From contig CAYJNL010000005.1 of assembly GCA_964371675.1 (NCBI GenBank), positions 45,215-109,214 on the forward strand: a stretch of DNA of 64,000 nucleotides, written 5' to 3'. The notes under the pieces were generated by a model. It saw nothing but the letters and a program-made list of their open reading frames with translations. It did not search any database and was not told the DNA's origin. Source of the stretch: an uncultured Bacteroides sp. (GTDB lineage: Bacteria; Bacillota; Clostridia; Oscillospirales; Ruminococcaceae). A program made the position numbers and the translations under genes. Below are positions 57,014 through 64,000 of this stretch, piece after piece. How positions within the stretch are numbered: the first letter of the stretch is position 1; each line of letters opens with the position of its first letter.

Positions 57014-57964
57014 TTAAACAACATTTATATGTTTATTGCACCAGTTTAACACATCGCTGTAAACATCTTGTCTATTTAGCTCATTTAACATTTCGTGTCG
57101 CCCATTTTCGTATAATTTTAAGCTTACATCCTTAACACCTGCTGATTTGATAAGCTCATAAACAGCTGTTGTACCTTTACCATAGCCTCCAACAGGGTCA
57201 AGTGCACCTGAAAAAATATAAATAGGCATATCTTTGTTTAATTTTTGTGCACACTCCAATGTGTTGCTCTCACTTAACACATCCATTAAAAGCCGAAAGC
57301 CGTTAACTGTAAAGGTGGATGTACACTTTTTATCGTTTGCATAGTCATCAACAATATTCTCATCTTGCGTAAGCCAATCATACTTTGTCTTTGGGTTTGC
57401 AATTTTATTATTGTATGCGCCAAACGCCATGTTATCAAGAAATTTAGACCTGTGATCCTCGCCTTTTAACTTGCTGATAGCGCTTGCAAGCACCTTACCT
57501 ATACCACCCAGTGGGTTTGACGTTGAAGTGCCGCTAATTATTAGAGCATCAATAGTTTTTGGATAAGTTACTGCGTATATACGTGAAAAAAAACTGCCCA
57601 TGCTGTGTCCAAGCATAATTACGGGCACATTCGGGAATTTACGCTTTGCCAGCTCGTTCATCTTTAATAAATCTAACAGAACACAAGCTTTTGTGTCCTC
57701 TTGTGTAAAAAATCCGTCTATACCTATCTGCGTATCGCTTGTTTTGCCGTGCCCTAAGTGGTCATTACCGCAAACAATATAGCCGTTTTTTACCATAAAA
57801 TTTGCAAATTCATCATAGCGCGCCATATACTCGCGCATTCCGTGCGATATTTGCAGTATACCTTTTATTTCGCTTGTATTACTTGCCTCATAAAAATAGC
57901 CTGTTACTGTATCTTTTTCATTCGCTGAGCTGTACTTGATGACGCTTTTCCGGATTTCTTGCAT
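57014..57964 (-). CDS. Alpha/beta hydrolase (lysophospholipase / monoacylglycerol lipase-like)
   Basis: GHSMGS nucleophile elbow and an HG oxyanion motif (ISHGMREY). The ATG at 57964 lies 9 nt after GAGGAGG, which is inside the upstream gene. Confidence 0.85.
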   Translation of the reverse strand: MQEIRKSVIKYSSANEKDTVTGYFYEASNTSEIKGILQISHGMREYMARYDEFANFMVKNGYIVCGNDHLGHGKTSDTQIGIDGFFTQEDTKACVLLDLLKMNELAKRKFPNVPVIMLGHSMGSFFSRIYAVTYPKTIDALIISGTSTSNPLGGIGKVLASAISKLKGEDHRSKFLDNMAFGAYNNKIANPKTKYDWLTQDENIVDDYANDKKCTSTFTVNGFRLLMDVLSESNTLECAQKLNKDMPIYIFSGALDPVGGYGKGTTAVYELIKSAGVKDVSLKLYENGRHEMLNELNRQDVYSDVLNWCNKHINVV

Positions 57965-58670
57965 TTTCAAGTTCCTCCTCTTGCATTACAATAGAGAGCA
58001 ATTCTTCAAAATGGTAAATTATATGGTCTGGCTTTGGCACGTTGGGTGGCAATTCTTCATTTTTAAAATTACACCAACAAGTTGCAAGCCCTGCGGCTTT
58101 ACCACCTGCAATGTCAGCTTTTAAAGAATCGCCTACCATAAGCACTTTTTTTCTGTTTTCTATACCAAGAGAACGCAGAGCAGTGTCAAATATTTTACGC
58201 GCGGGCTTTGCTGCGCCAATTCTCTCTGATATAAACACATCATCTATCATCTCATCTAAACCCGAGGCTTTAAGGCGCGCCTTTTGCACACGCTCCACGC
58301 CATTTGTAACAATTGCAAGCGTTGCAACCTCGCCCAAATCTTTGAGTGCATCCTCTACACCATCTATTACATTTGCACTTTTCGAAAGCGATGTTAGGTA
58401 AAAGTTATTCATTTTAATAGGGTCGCCTTTTTTGCCAAAGGCGTTAAGCAATTTTTCAAACCTCTTTGTAACAAGTTTTTCTTGCTTTATCTCGCCTTTT
58501 TCAAAACTTGCCCATAGCTCGCTGTTTATGCTTTTGTACTTGTCAACTGCGCTTTGCTCTACCGGTAAATTAAATTGCTCCAGCGTTGCGCGTATTGCTA
58601 AATCTTCGGCTGCCTCAAAATCAAGCAATGTGCCGTCTTGGTCTAAAAGCAAACAATAATATTGTGCCAT
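57918..58670 (-). CDS. HAD superfamily hydrolase (YjjG-like)
   Basis: Motif I LLDQDGTLLDF and motif IV MVGDSLKADIAGG. Ends with TGA. Confidence 0.85.
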   Translation of the reverse strand: MAQYYCLLLDQDGTLLDFEAAEDLAIRATLEQFNLPVEQSAVDKYKSINSELWASFEKGEIKQEKLVTKRFEKLLNAFGKKGDPIKMNNFYLTSLSKSANVIDGVEDALKDLGEVATLAIVTNGVERVQKARLKASGLDEMIDDVFISERIGAAKPARKIFDTALRSLGIENRKKVLMVGDSLKADIAGGKAAGLATCWCNFKNEELPPNVPKPDHIIYHFEELLSIVMQEEELENARNPEKRHQVQLSE

Positions 58671-58917
58671 GTTGCACTCTCCCTCTTATTAAACACTTGT
58701 ATATATTATCCTCTATTTTCATATTTAAGTCAACTATTACAGCAAAAGTATTTAAATATTTTTGCTATTTATCGTTACAATTGAAAAAAATTTAACAATT
58801 ACCACTGTTTGGTGTTTCATTTGCTTTATTCACTATCCAATAATTATAAGCAACATATCATACAAAGTTGTTCAATTGACATTTATTTTTTCATAAAGTA
58901 CAATATAAAATATAATT

Positions 58918-59086
58918 TGTAGGGGCAATGAGTGGTCGTCCAATTACTAACGATACCAGTCTATTCTATTATGACAAAAAACAGCAAATTTAATTTGCAA
59001 AAAGTTGGCATTACGTAAAATTCAAAACCGAGATAAACGGACGACCAAAGGTCGCCCCTACAATGGTTTACATTGTTAGCATAGGA
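58918..59086 (+). repeat. Family C repeat (REP/MITE-like), copy C2
   Basis: Terminal inverted repeats TGTAGGGGCAATGAGTGGTCGTCC (58918-) and GGACGACCAAAGGTCGCCCCTACA (-59063). The right end is itself a GTAG-capped hairpin. The internal part is homologous to C1. Confidence 0.8.
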
Positions 59087-59143
59087 AACGTTACCCATTC
59101 AACTAATTTAAATAAGCACAAAATCAACCATGATTAAAGTTTT

Positions 59144-60283
59144 TTGCCAAGCTTTTTTTCAAAAAAGCGGGAGGGAGGAGATTTTACAATATTTAAAAAC
59201 ATATTTAACTTTAACAGAAACAAGAAAAAATACATTACACTTATAATATTCGGTATACTCAACTTATCATATATGCTCTTTAGAGATAATACAGATATTA
59301 TGGAATGGATCACGCATTACATAACCGATACGTATAAATACATCTTAGGCACTATTTTCAATATATTGCCTTTCTCCGTAGCGGAAGTTTTAGTTATAAT
59401 ATTTATAGTTTTCTGTATATGGTACATAATACGTGCAATTATTAAAATTAAAAAAGAAAAAAACAACCGCATACCTACTTTATATAGTTATGTTCTGGGT
59501 GCTACTATAATTGCACTATCCGTGTCAACTTCATTAACATTTTTATGGGGCATTAATTACTATGCGCAAAACACGGTAGCGCGCATGGGTGTTACACAAA
59601 ACCCCGTTGCAACACAAGATTTAATAAACGTGACAAAACTGTTCGCAAATATGCTCAATAATTCCTCACAAAAAGTGCCAAGAGATGAAAACAACCTTCT
59701 TGACGTACCCAGAGACTATATCTACGAGGTAAGCACCACACTGTATGACCCACTTGAGGAAAAATACCCATTTTTAAAAGGCGCAGACGTAACACCAAAG
59801 AATATGATGTTCTCATGGTACATGAGCGAAACAAATTACACAGGCATTTTCTTTCCATACACAGGCGAGGCAAACGTGAATAAAGACCAACCGCTTTGCC
59901 TTTTGCCCAGTACTATTGCGCATGAACTTGCACATGTGCGCGGTGTTGCTCCCGAGGGCGATTGCAACTTTATTGCCGTACTTGCATGTGAGGAAAGTGG
60001 CAACGATATTTATATGTATTCTGGCAGACTACTTGCATATATACACCTCTCAAACGCACTGATAAAAGCAGATAATGAAACAGCATATGAAATATACCAA
60101 ACACTTGACAGCGGTGTGCTGGCTGACTTAGCTGACCACTCTGAATTTTGGCAACAATATGACAGCCCTGTCTCTGTGGTTGCAAACAATGTGTATGACG
60201 ACTTTTTACAAAGCTACGGGCAAGTGGACGGCGTGAAAAGTTACGGGCGTGTTGTAGACTTGCTTTGTGATATGTATAGTTAA
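59144..60283 (+). CDS. DUF3810-like membrane-anchored putative zinc metalloprotease
   Basis: TM helices in the N-terminal third and an HELAHVRG motif. The start is uncertain: the TTG at 59144 has no clear RBS, and GGGAGGGAGGAG at 59171-59182 lies inside the ORF. Confidence 0.7.
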   Translation: MPSFFSKKREGGDFTIFKNIFNFNRNKKKYITLIIFGILNLSYMLFRDNTDIMEWITHYITDTYKYILGTIFNILPFSVAEVLVIIFIVFCIWYIIRAIIKIKKEKNNRIPTLYSYVLGATIIALSVSTSLTFLWGINYYAQNTVARMGVTQNPVATQDLINVTKLFANMLNNSSQKVPRDENNLLDVPRDYIYEVSTTLYDPLEEKYPFLKGADVTPKNMMFSWYMSETNYTGIFFPYTGEANVNKDQPLCLLPSTIAHELAHVRGVAPEGDCNFIAVLACEESGNDIYMYSGRLLAYIHLSNALIKADNETAYEIYQTLDSGVLADLADHSEFWQQYDSPVSVVANNVYDDFLQSYGQVDGVKSYGRVVDLLCDMYS

Positions 60284-60412
60284 TAAAATAAAAAACCAAC
60301 ACATCTAACTACCATAAATTTCATCTATCTTCCTTTGCCTTGATAAACAAAATTACTAAACAAGGCAAAATAACTAAATTATATTTTAATAATATCAAAC
60401 TTCAAAAAACGC

Positions 60413-60453
60413 AAAAAATCAGGCATCGAGATTAACCGATAGCCTGATTTTTT
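60413..60453. terminator. Bidirectional Rho-independent terminator
   Basis: AAAAAATCAGGC...GCCTGATTTTTT with an inner ATCG/CGAT stem, between convergent DUF3810 and rpsR. Confidence 0.8.
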
Positions 60454-60474
60454 TGTAGCATTTAATTTAATTGA

Positions 60475-60738
60475 TTAATCGCTAACGTAAGGCAACAGTG
60501 CAACGTGACGTGCACGTTTAATAGCAACTGTTAGCTCGCGCTGATGACAAGCACAAGTACCTGTTACGCGGCGAGGAATAATTTTTGCTCTCTCTGAGAT
60601 GTATTTACGCAAACGGGGTACGTCTTTGTAATCAATGCTCTCAATACGGTCAACACAAAAGCTGCAAACTTTTTTGCGGCTGCGGCGTTGTTGACGTCCG
60701 CCAAACTTTGAATCTGAATTATCTCTGTCGTATGCCAT
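60475..60738 (-). CDS. rpsR: 30S ribosomal protein S18
   Basis: 87 aa with KVCSFCVD...[24 protein letters not shown]. Confidence 0.95.
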   Translation of the reverse strand: MAYDRDNSDSKFGGRQQRRSRKKVCSFCVDRIESIDYKDVPRLRKYISERAKIIPRRVTGTCACHQRELTVAIKRARHVALLPYVSD

Positions 60739-60761
60739 TATGACATCCTCCTTATTTTAAA

Positions 60762-61229
60762 TTAAAACGGTAAATCATCGTCATCACTAATGACTGAAAA
60801 ATCTTCGGGGTCTCCTGCGGCAAAACCTACGGGCGCAGCGTTTTCGTTACGCTGTGCAGGAGCATTTGTTTGTGCAGGTGCCGCTGAATAAGAATTATTC
60901 GACGAGCCACCCTTGCTCTCGCAAAAATGCACATTTTCTGCTACAACTTCAAAAGCTGTGCGCTTATTGCCGCTTTTGTCCTCGTAATTGCGTGTTTGCA
61001 AACTACCGTTTACGGCAATAAAGTTACCTTTTCTGAAATATTTACACACAAATTCAGCAGAAGCACGCCAAACTACTATATTAATAAAGTCAGCTTTGCG
61101 CTCCTCGCCTTGTCTTACAAAACTACGGTCAACCGCTATGCTAAAAGTGCATGTTGCAATGCCGTTTGGTGTATGTCTCAGTTCAGGGTCTGCCACCAGG
61201 CGGCCCACTAAAGCAATTACATTGAGCAT
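60762..61229 (-). CDS. ssb: Single-stranded DNA-binding protein
   Basis: MLNVIALVGRLVADPELR OB fold and an acidic C-terminal tip DDDLPF. Confidence 0.95.
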   Translation of the reverse strand: MLNVIALVGRLVADPELRHTPNGIATCTFSIAVDRSFVRQGEERKADFINIVVWRASAEFVCKYFRKGNFIAVNGSLQTRNYEDKSGNKRTAFEVVAENVHFCESKGGSSNNSYSAAPAQTNAPAQRNENAAPVGFAAGDPEDFSVISDDDDLPF

Positions 61230-61549
61230 TATTTCTCCTCCGTTTTGTCGGATTTTTCATCTTGAGCGGGCTTTGCGATAATCATTGAACGCAAAAGACC
61301 GTCTGTGATGCCGTAAACACGCTCTAATTCTGTGATAAATTCAGGTGCGCACTTGAAAGTAATCAAAGTGTACACGCCTTCTGTTTCGTCTTGAATTGGG
61401 TAAGCAAGCCTTTTTTTGCCCCACTCATCAACAGTTACAATTTCACCGTTCTTCTCAATAAGTTTTGTGAACTTTGAAATTAATTTTGCTGCTGCTTCCT
61501 CTTCAAGAGTTGTAGAAGTGATAATCATTGTTTCGTACAAATTAGACAT
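61229..61549 (-). CDS. rpsF: 30S ribosomal protein S6
   Basis: MSNLYETMIIT...EWGKKRLAYPI signature. Confidence 0.95.
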   Translation of the reverse strand: MSNLYETMIITSTTLEEEAAAKLISKFTKLIEKNGEIVTVDEWGKKRLAYPIQDETEGVYTLITFKCAPEFITELERVYGITDGLLRSMIIAKPAQDEKSDKTEEK

Positions 61550-61653
61550 TTTATATACCTCCTTTTGGACTTTTGACCGCTTTTAGCGGCAAGGATAGCT
61601 GTGCATAATTTATGCAAGCAATTTATTATAACCGAAAACAAGCCGCAAGTCAA
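61550..61653 (-). promoter_or_regulatory. rpsF promoter (TTGACT-17-TATAAT) plus a structured leader of about 70 nt
   Basis: -35 at 61648-61653 and -10 at 61625-61630 on the minus strand. The leader contains hairpins TGCATAAattATGCA and CCGCTaaaAGCGG before AAGGAGG. Confidence 0.7.
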
Positions 61654-61834
61654 TACCTTGTAGTGAAAAATATGTAGAAAAATGATTTTTCTTTCATTTA
61701 GCCATGTGTACGGCTATGTTTTAGAGGTTTTTAAAGAAATTATTGAAATGTTAAAAAATTTGCCTTAAATAAAACAGCTATATAGCAAATGTTGATGTTT
61801 AAATTTTTATAGTTATTTTTTCGCCGACGCAAAT

Positions 61835-61878
61835 AAAACAAACACGAGAGTGACAAAACCCTCTCTCGTGTTTGTTTT
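61835..61878. terminator. 16-bp hairpin terminator
   Basis: AAAACAAACACGAGAG (61835-50) / CTCTCGTGTTTGTTTT (61863-78). It lies 14 nt downstream of the TAG at 61892-61894 on the minus strand. Confidence 0.75.
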
Positions 61879-61891
61879 GTTAAAAATTATC

Positions 61892-62983
61892 CTATTTGCT
61901 AGCGCCTGTTACAGTGTACGTCTCTATATCGCCGCTTATATTAATTTTTGCATCTGCTACAATGTAAGATCTAATACCACCGGCAGAAAGATTAATAAAT
62001 CTTCCGCTACCCGAAACATTAACTGTGGTGCTTTGTATAGTATTAGCGTTACTAATACCATTATCGTTATACGAACCACCATAAATAGAATATTGGCTAT
62101 TATTATTTGCAACTGTGTTTATAACTACTGCACCAATTGATGATTCAGTATTTAAAGCTGTCTTAGCTCCGCCATAAATATTATGAATTATAGTCTCGGT
62201 GCTTGCATTATTATTTATAGTAACATTGCCGGATATTACTTTGCCACGAATTGCTAAACCGCCACCAAAAATAGATGCAGGAATTTCAGCGCTAATCGGG
62301 TTTTGTCATATTTCACCCTTAGTTAACGTTAATGTAGTATTACCAACTTCTACGCTTGAATTGCTAGCTATAGAATGTCCACCGCCAAATATTGTGCCTA
62401 CGGTAGAGTTGTAAACGTCGTTATTGTTGCCAATTTTAGTGCCGTTTAAATTAATATTTATATCGCCCGATATAATATGAGTATTACCATTATCTGCATA
62501 ACCGCCGCCAAACACATACACTGTTCCACCATATTCATCTCTACCAATATTGCCGCCGTTTAGCTGAATTGTAGTGCTGTTTGTTACACTAGCGTTATAG
62601 CCGCCACCATAAATTGTTTTTACATTGCCGCCGTTAACGGTAATGCTAGAATTAGTACAATCTTTACCATTACCACCGCCAAAAATAGTGTAGCTGTCAA
62701 CATCTATGTCGATTGCAACATCGCTTGTGGGTGTTGCCGCTACTAGTGTTAAATATTTGGGTGAGCCGGTTGAATCTATATAACTAATTTGAGTTTCATT
62801 TGGGTTTGTACCATTTTGAATAGTCAAAGGGAAGCCGTTAGCAAAAATTCTCCTAGATCCAGTGTCAAAGGTAGGTCCGACTTCACCTGCATTAGCAAAA
62901 GCGGAAAATGGCAACAAGCCAATTACCATGCAAATGGCAAAAGCCATTATTATAATTTTGTGCTTCAGTTTTGTTTTTTTCAT
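61892..62983 (-). pseudogene. Secreted GGG-repeat (beta-helix-like) protein gene interrupted by one in-frame TGA (62306-62308)
   Basis: The track ORF 62306-62983 has a signal peptide (MKKTKLKHKIIIMAFAICMVIGLLPFSAFA) and I(F/Y)GGG repeats. Hand translation past the TGA gives 137 more stop-free codons in the same frame with the same repeats (IFGGG, IYGG, IYGGS), ending at the TAG at 61892 just before a terminator. Confidence 0.6.
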
Positions 62984-63259
62984 AAGTACTCCCTTGTAGC
63001 GGCTTTTTATATTTTTTATAGTAAATACGCTATTTCTTTATATTTTTATATACATATTACGTAATAACACTAAAATTTACAAAAGCAACTAGCCGAACGG
63101 CTAGATTTTGATTTTTGTAGTAAAAAATTTAAAAAAAAATGCAAAAGCAATTTAATTTGCTATGTGATTGCCTAATATGTTAAAATACCATTATATATTA
63201 TTAAAAAATATACAACTATACACTATACACAAATACAAACACTTGAAACGGAGAGTAAA

Positions 63260-64000
63260 ATGAAAAACCGTACACTTATACAATTTTTTGAATGGTACCT
63301 CCCCTCTTCTTGCGGGCTTTGGAACGAAGTTGCAGGCAAGGCAAGCGAACTTAAACAGCTTGGCATAACAGAGGTATGGCTACCACCTGCTTATAAAGGA
63401 ACAGGCGGCAGCAGTGAGGTTGGCTATGCCGTTTATGACATGTATGACCTTGGCGAGTTTGACCAAAAAGGCTCTGTGCCTACAAAATACGGCACAAAAG
63501 ATGAGCACCTTAATGCCGTTAAAACACTACATGAAAACGGATTAAAAGTATATGCAGACATTGTTTTTAACCACAGAATGGGTGCTGATGAAACAGAGCG
63601 TGTGAAAACAAAAGTAATAGACAGCGAAAACAGGAGCAAAATTTTAGGTGAAAAAGAAATTTCAGCCTATACAAAGTTTAATTTTACTAATAGACAGGGA
63701 AAATACTCAAACTTTAAATGGAACTACACTCATTTTGACGGCTGTGACTGGGACGACGCCACAAAAGAAAAGGCACTTTACCTTTTTGAGGGCAAAAGCT
63801 GGGACGAGCAAGTTGACATTGAAAAAGGCAACTATGACTATTTAATGGGCGCAGACCTTGATTTAAACAACCCCGAAACTTTTGCAGAACTTGTAAACTG
63901 GGGTAAATGGTACCTTGACTTTACAGGTGTGGATGGCTTTAGAATTGATGCTGTAAAGCACATAAATTTCCCTAAAATGCTTGACTGGGTGCGAGAGATG
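63260..64000 (+). CDS. GH13 alpha-amylase (Termamyl-like, no signal peptide), truncated by the window end
   Basis: ATG 63260 after GGAGAG. MKNRTLIQFFEWYLP...VWLPPAYKG...GYAVYDMYDLGEF...VYADIVFNH...GFRIDAVKHI matches conserved GH13 regions I and II. No stop before 64000. Confidence 0.9.
   Translation, partial: MKNRTLIQFFEWYLPSSCGLWNEVAGKASELKQLGITEVWLPPAYKGTGGSSEVGYAVYDMYDLGEFDQKGSVPTKYGTKDEHLNAVKTLHENGLKVYADIVFNHRMGADETERVKTKVIDSENRSKILGEKEISAYTKFNFTNRQGKYSNFKWNYTHFDGCDWDDATKEKALYLFEGKSWDEQVDIEKGNYDYLMGADLDLNNPETFAELVNWGKWYLDFTGVDGFRIDAVKHINFPKMLDWVREM

Noticed and set aside
62306-62308. Possibility that TGA is a sense codon (alternative genetic code) in this organism
   Set aside because: TGA clearly acts as a stop elsewhere in the window, for example at the DUF4097 gene end (5067) and the HAD gene end (57918). 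All housekeeping genes are full length under the standard bacterial code.
61850-62414. Plus-strand ORFs 61850-62140 and 62199-62414
   Set aside because: They are antisense to the repeat-protein gene and its open downstream extension. The minus-strand frame carries the periodic GGG repeats, and the plus-strand translations are featureless.
63433-63845. ORFs 63433-63639(-) and 63648-63845(+)
   Set aside because: They lie inside the truncated GH13 amylase gene (63260 to the window end), whose frame has the conserved amylase regions. The track missed that gene only because it has no stop codon in the window.
1-64000. CRISPR arrays, tRNA/rRNA genes, IS transposases and prophage structural genes
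   Set aside because: I found no regularly spaced short direct repeats, no tRNA T-arm/acceptor signatures (such as GGTTCGAATCC-type boxes), no rRNA-like blocks, and no DDE, HUH or serine recombinase ORFs. The only recombinase is the Xer-like gene at 710-1738.

Overview
AT-rich chromosomal segment whose gene content points to an endospore-forming, Clostridia-like Firmicute. I call about 60 protein genes, nearly all on the minus strand. The backbone is the conserved neighbourhood spoIIIAA-AH ... asp23-nusB-xseA-xseB-ispA-dxs-tlyA-nadK-argR-recN. Also present are glmS, spoIIM, rluB, ytfJ/DUF2953, scpA-scpB and rpsF-ssb-rpsR. Other genes encode biotin-dependent carboxyltransferase/decarboxylase subunits, an ABC-F protein, phosphoglucomutase, a domain-permuted GH3 glycosidase and a truncated GH13 amylase. 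I saw no rRNA, tRNA, CRISPR array or transposase. Unusual observations: (1) Three families of structured intergenic repeats (A, 8 full or partial copies; B, 3; C, 3). Four co-oriented A copies sit in every intergenic gap around a tyrosine recombinase in the first 6.5 kb. (2) An orphan plus-strand 693-aa membrane / Rossmann / RyR-like-domain gene lies inside an ~11 kb break of the spoIIIA-asp23 synteny. (3) A secreted GGG-repeat protein gene has an in-frame TGA followed by 137 stop-free codons of the same repeat type. (4) A 38-aa OadG-like ORF is absent from the ORF track, and the decarboxylase genes are split between two loci. (5) A divergent XRE / small membrane protein pair has a 15-bp inverted repeat between the genes. 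All functional calls come from motif reading by eye; no HMM, BLAST or folding software was run. Several start codons were moved from the ORF-track start to an internal start that has a visible Shine-Dalgarno sequence.
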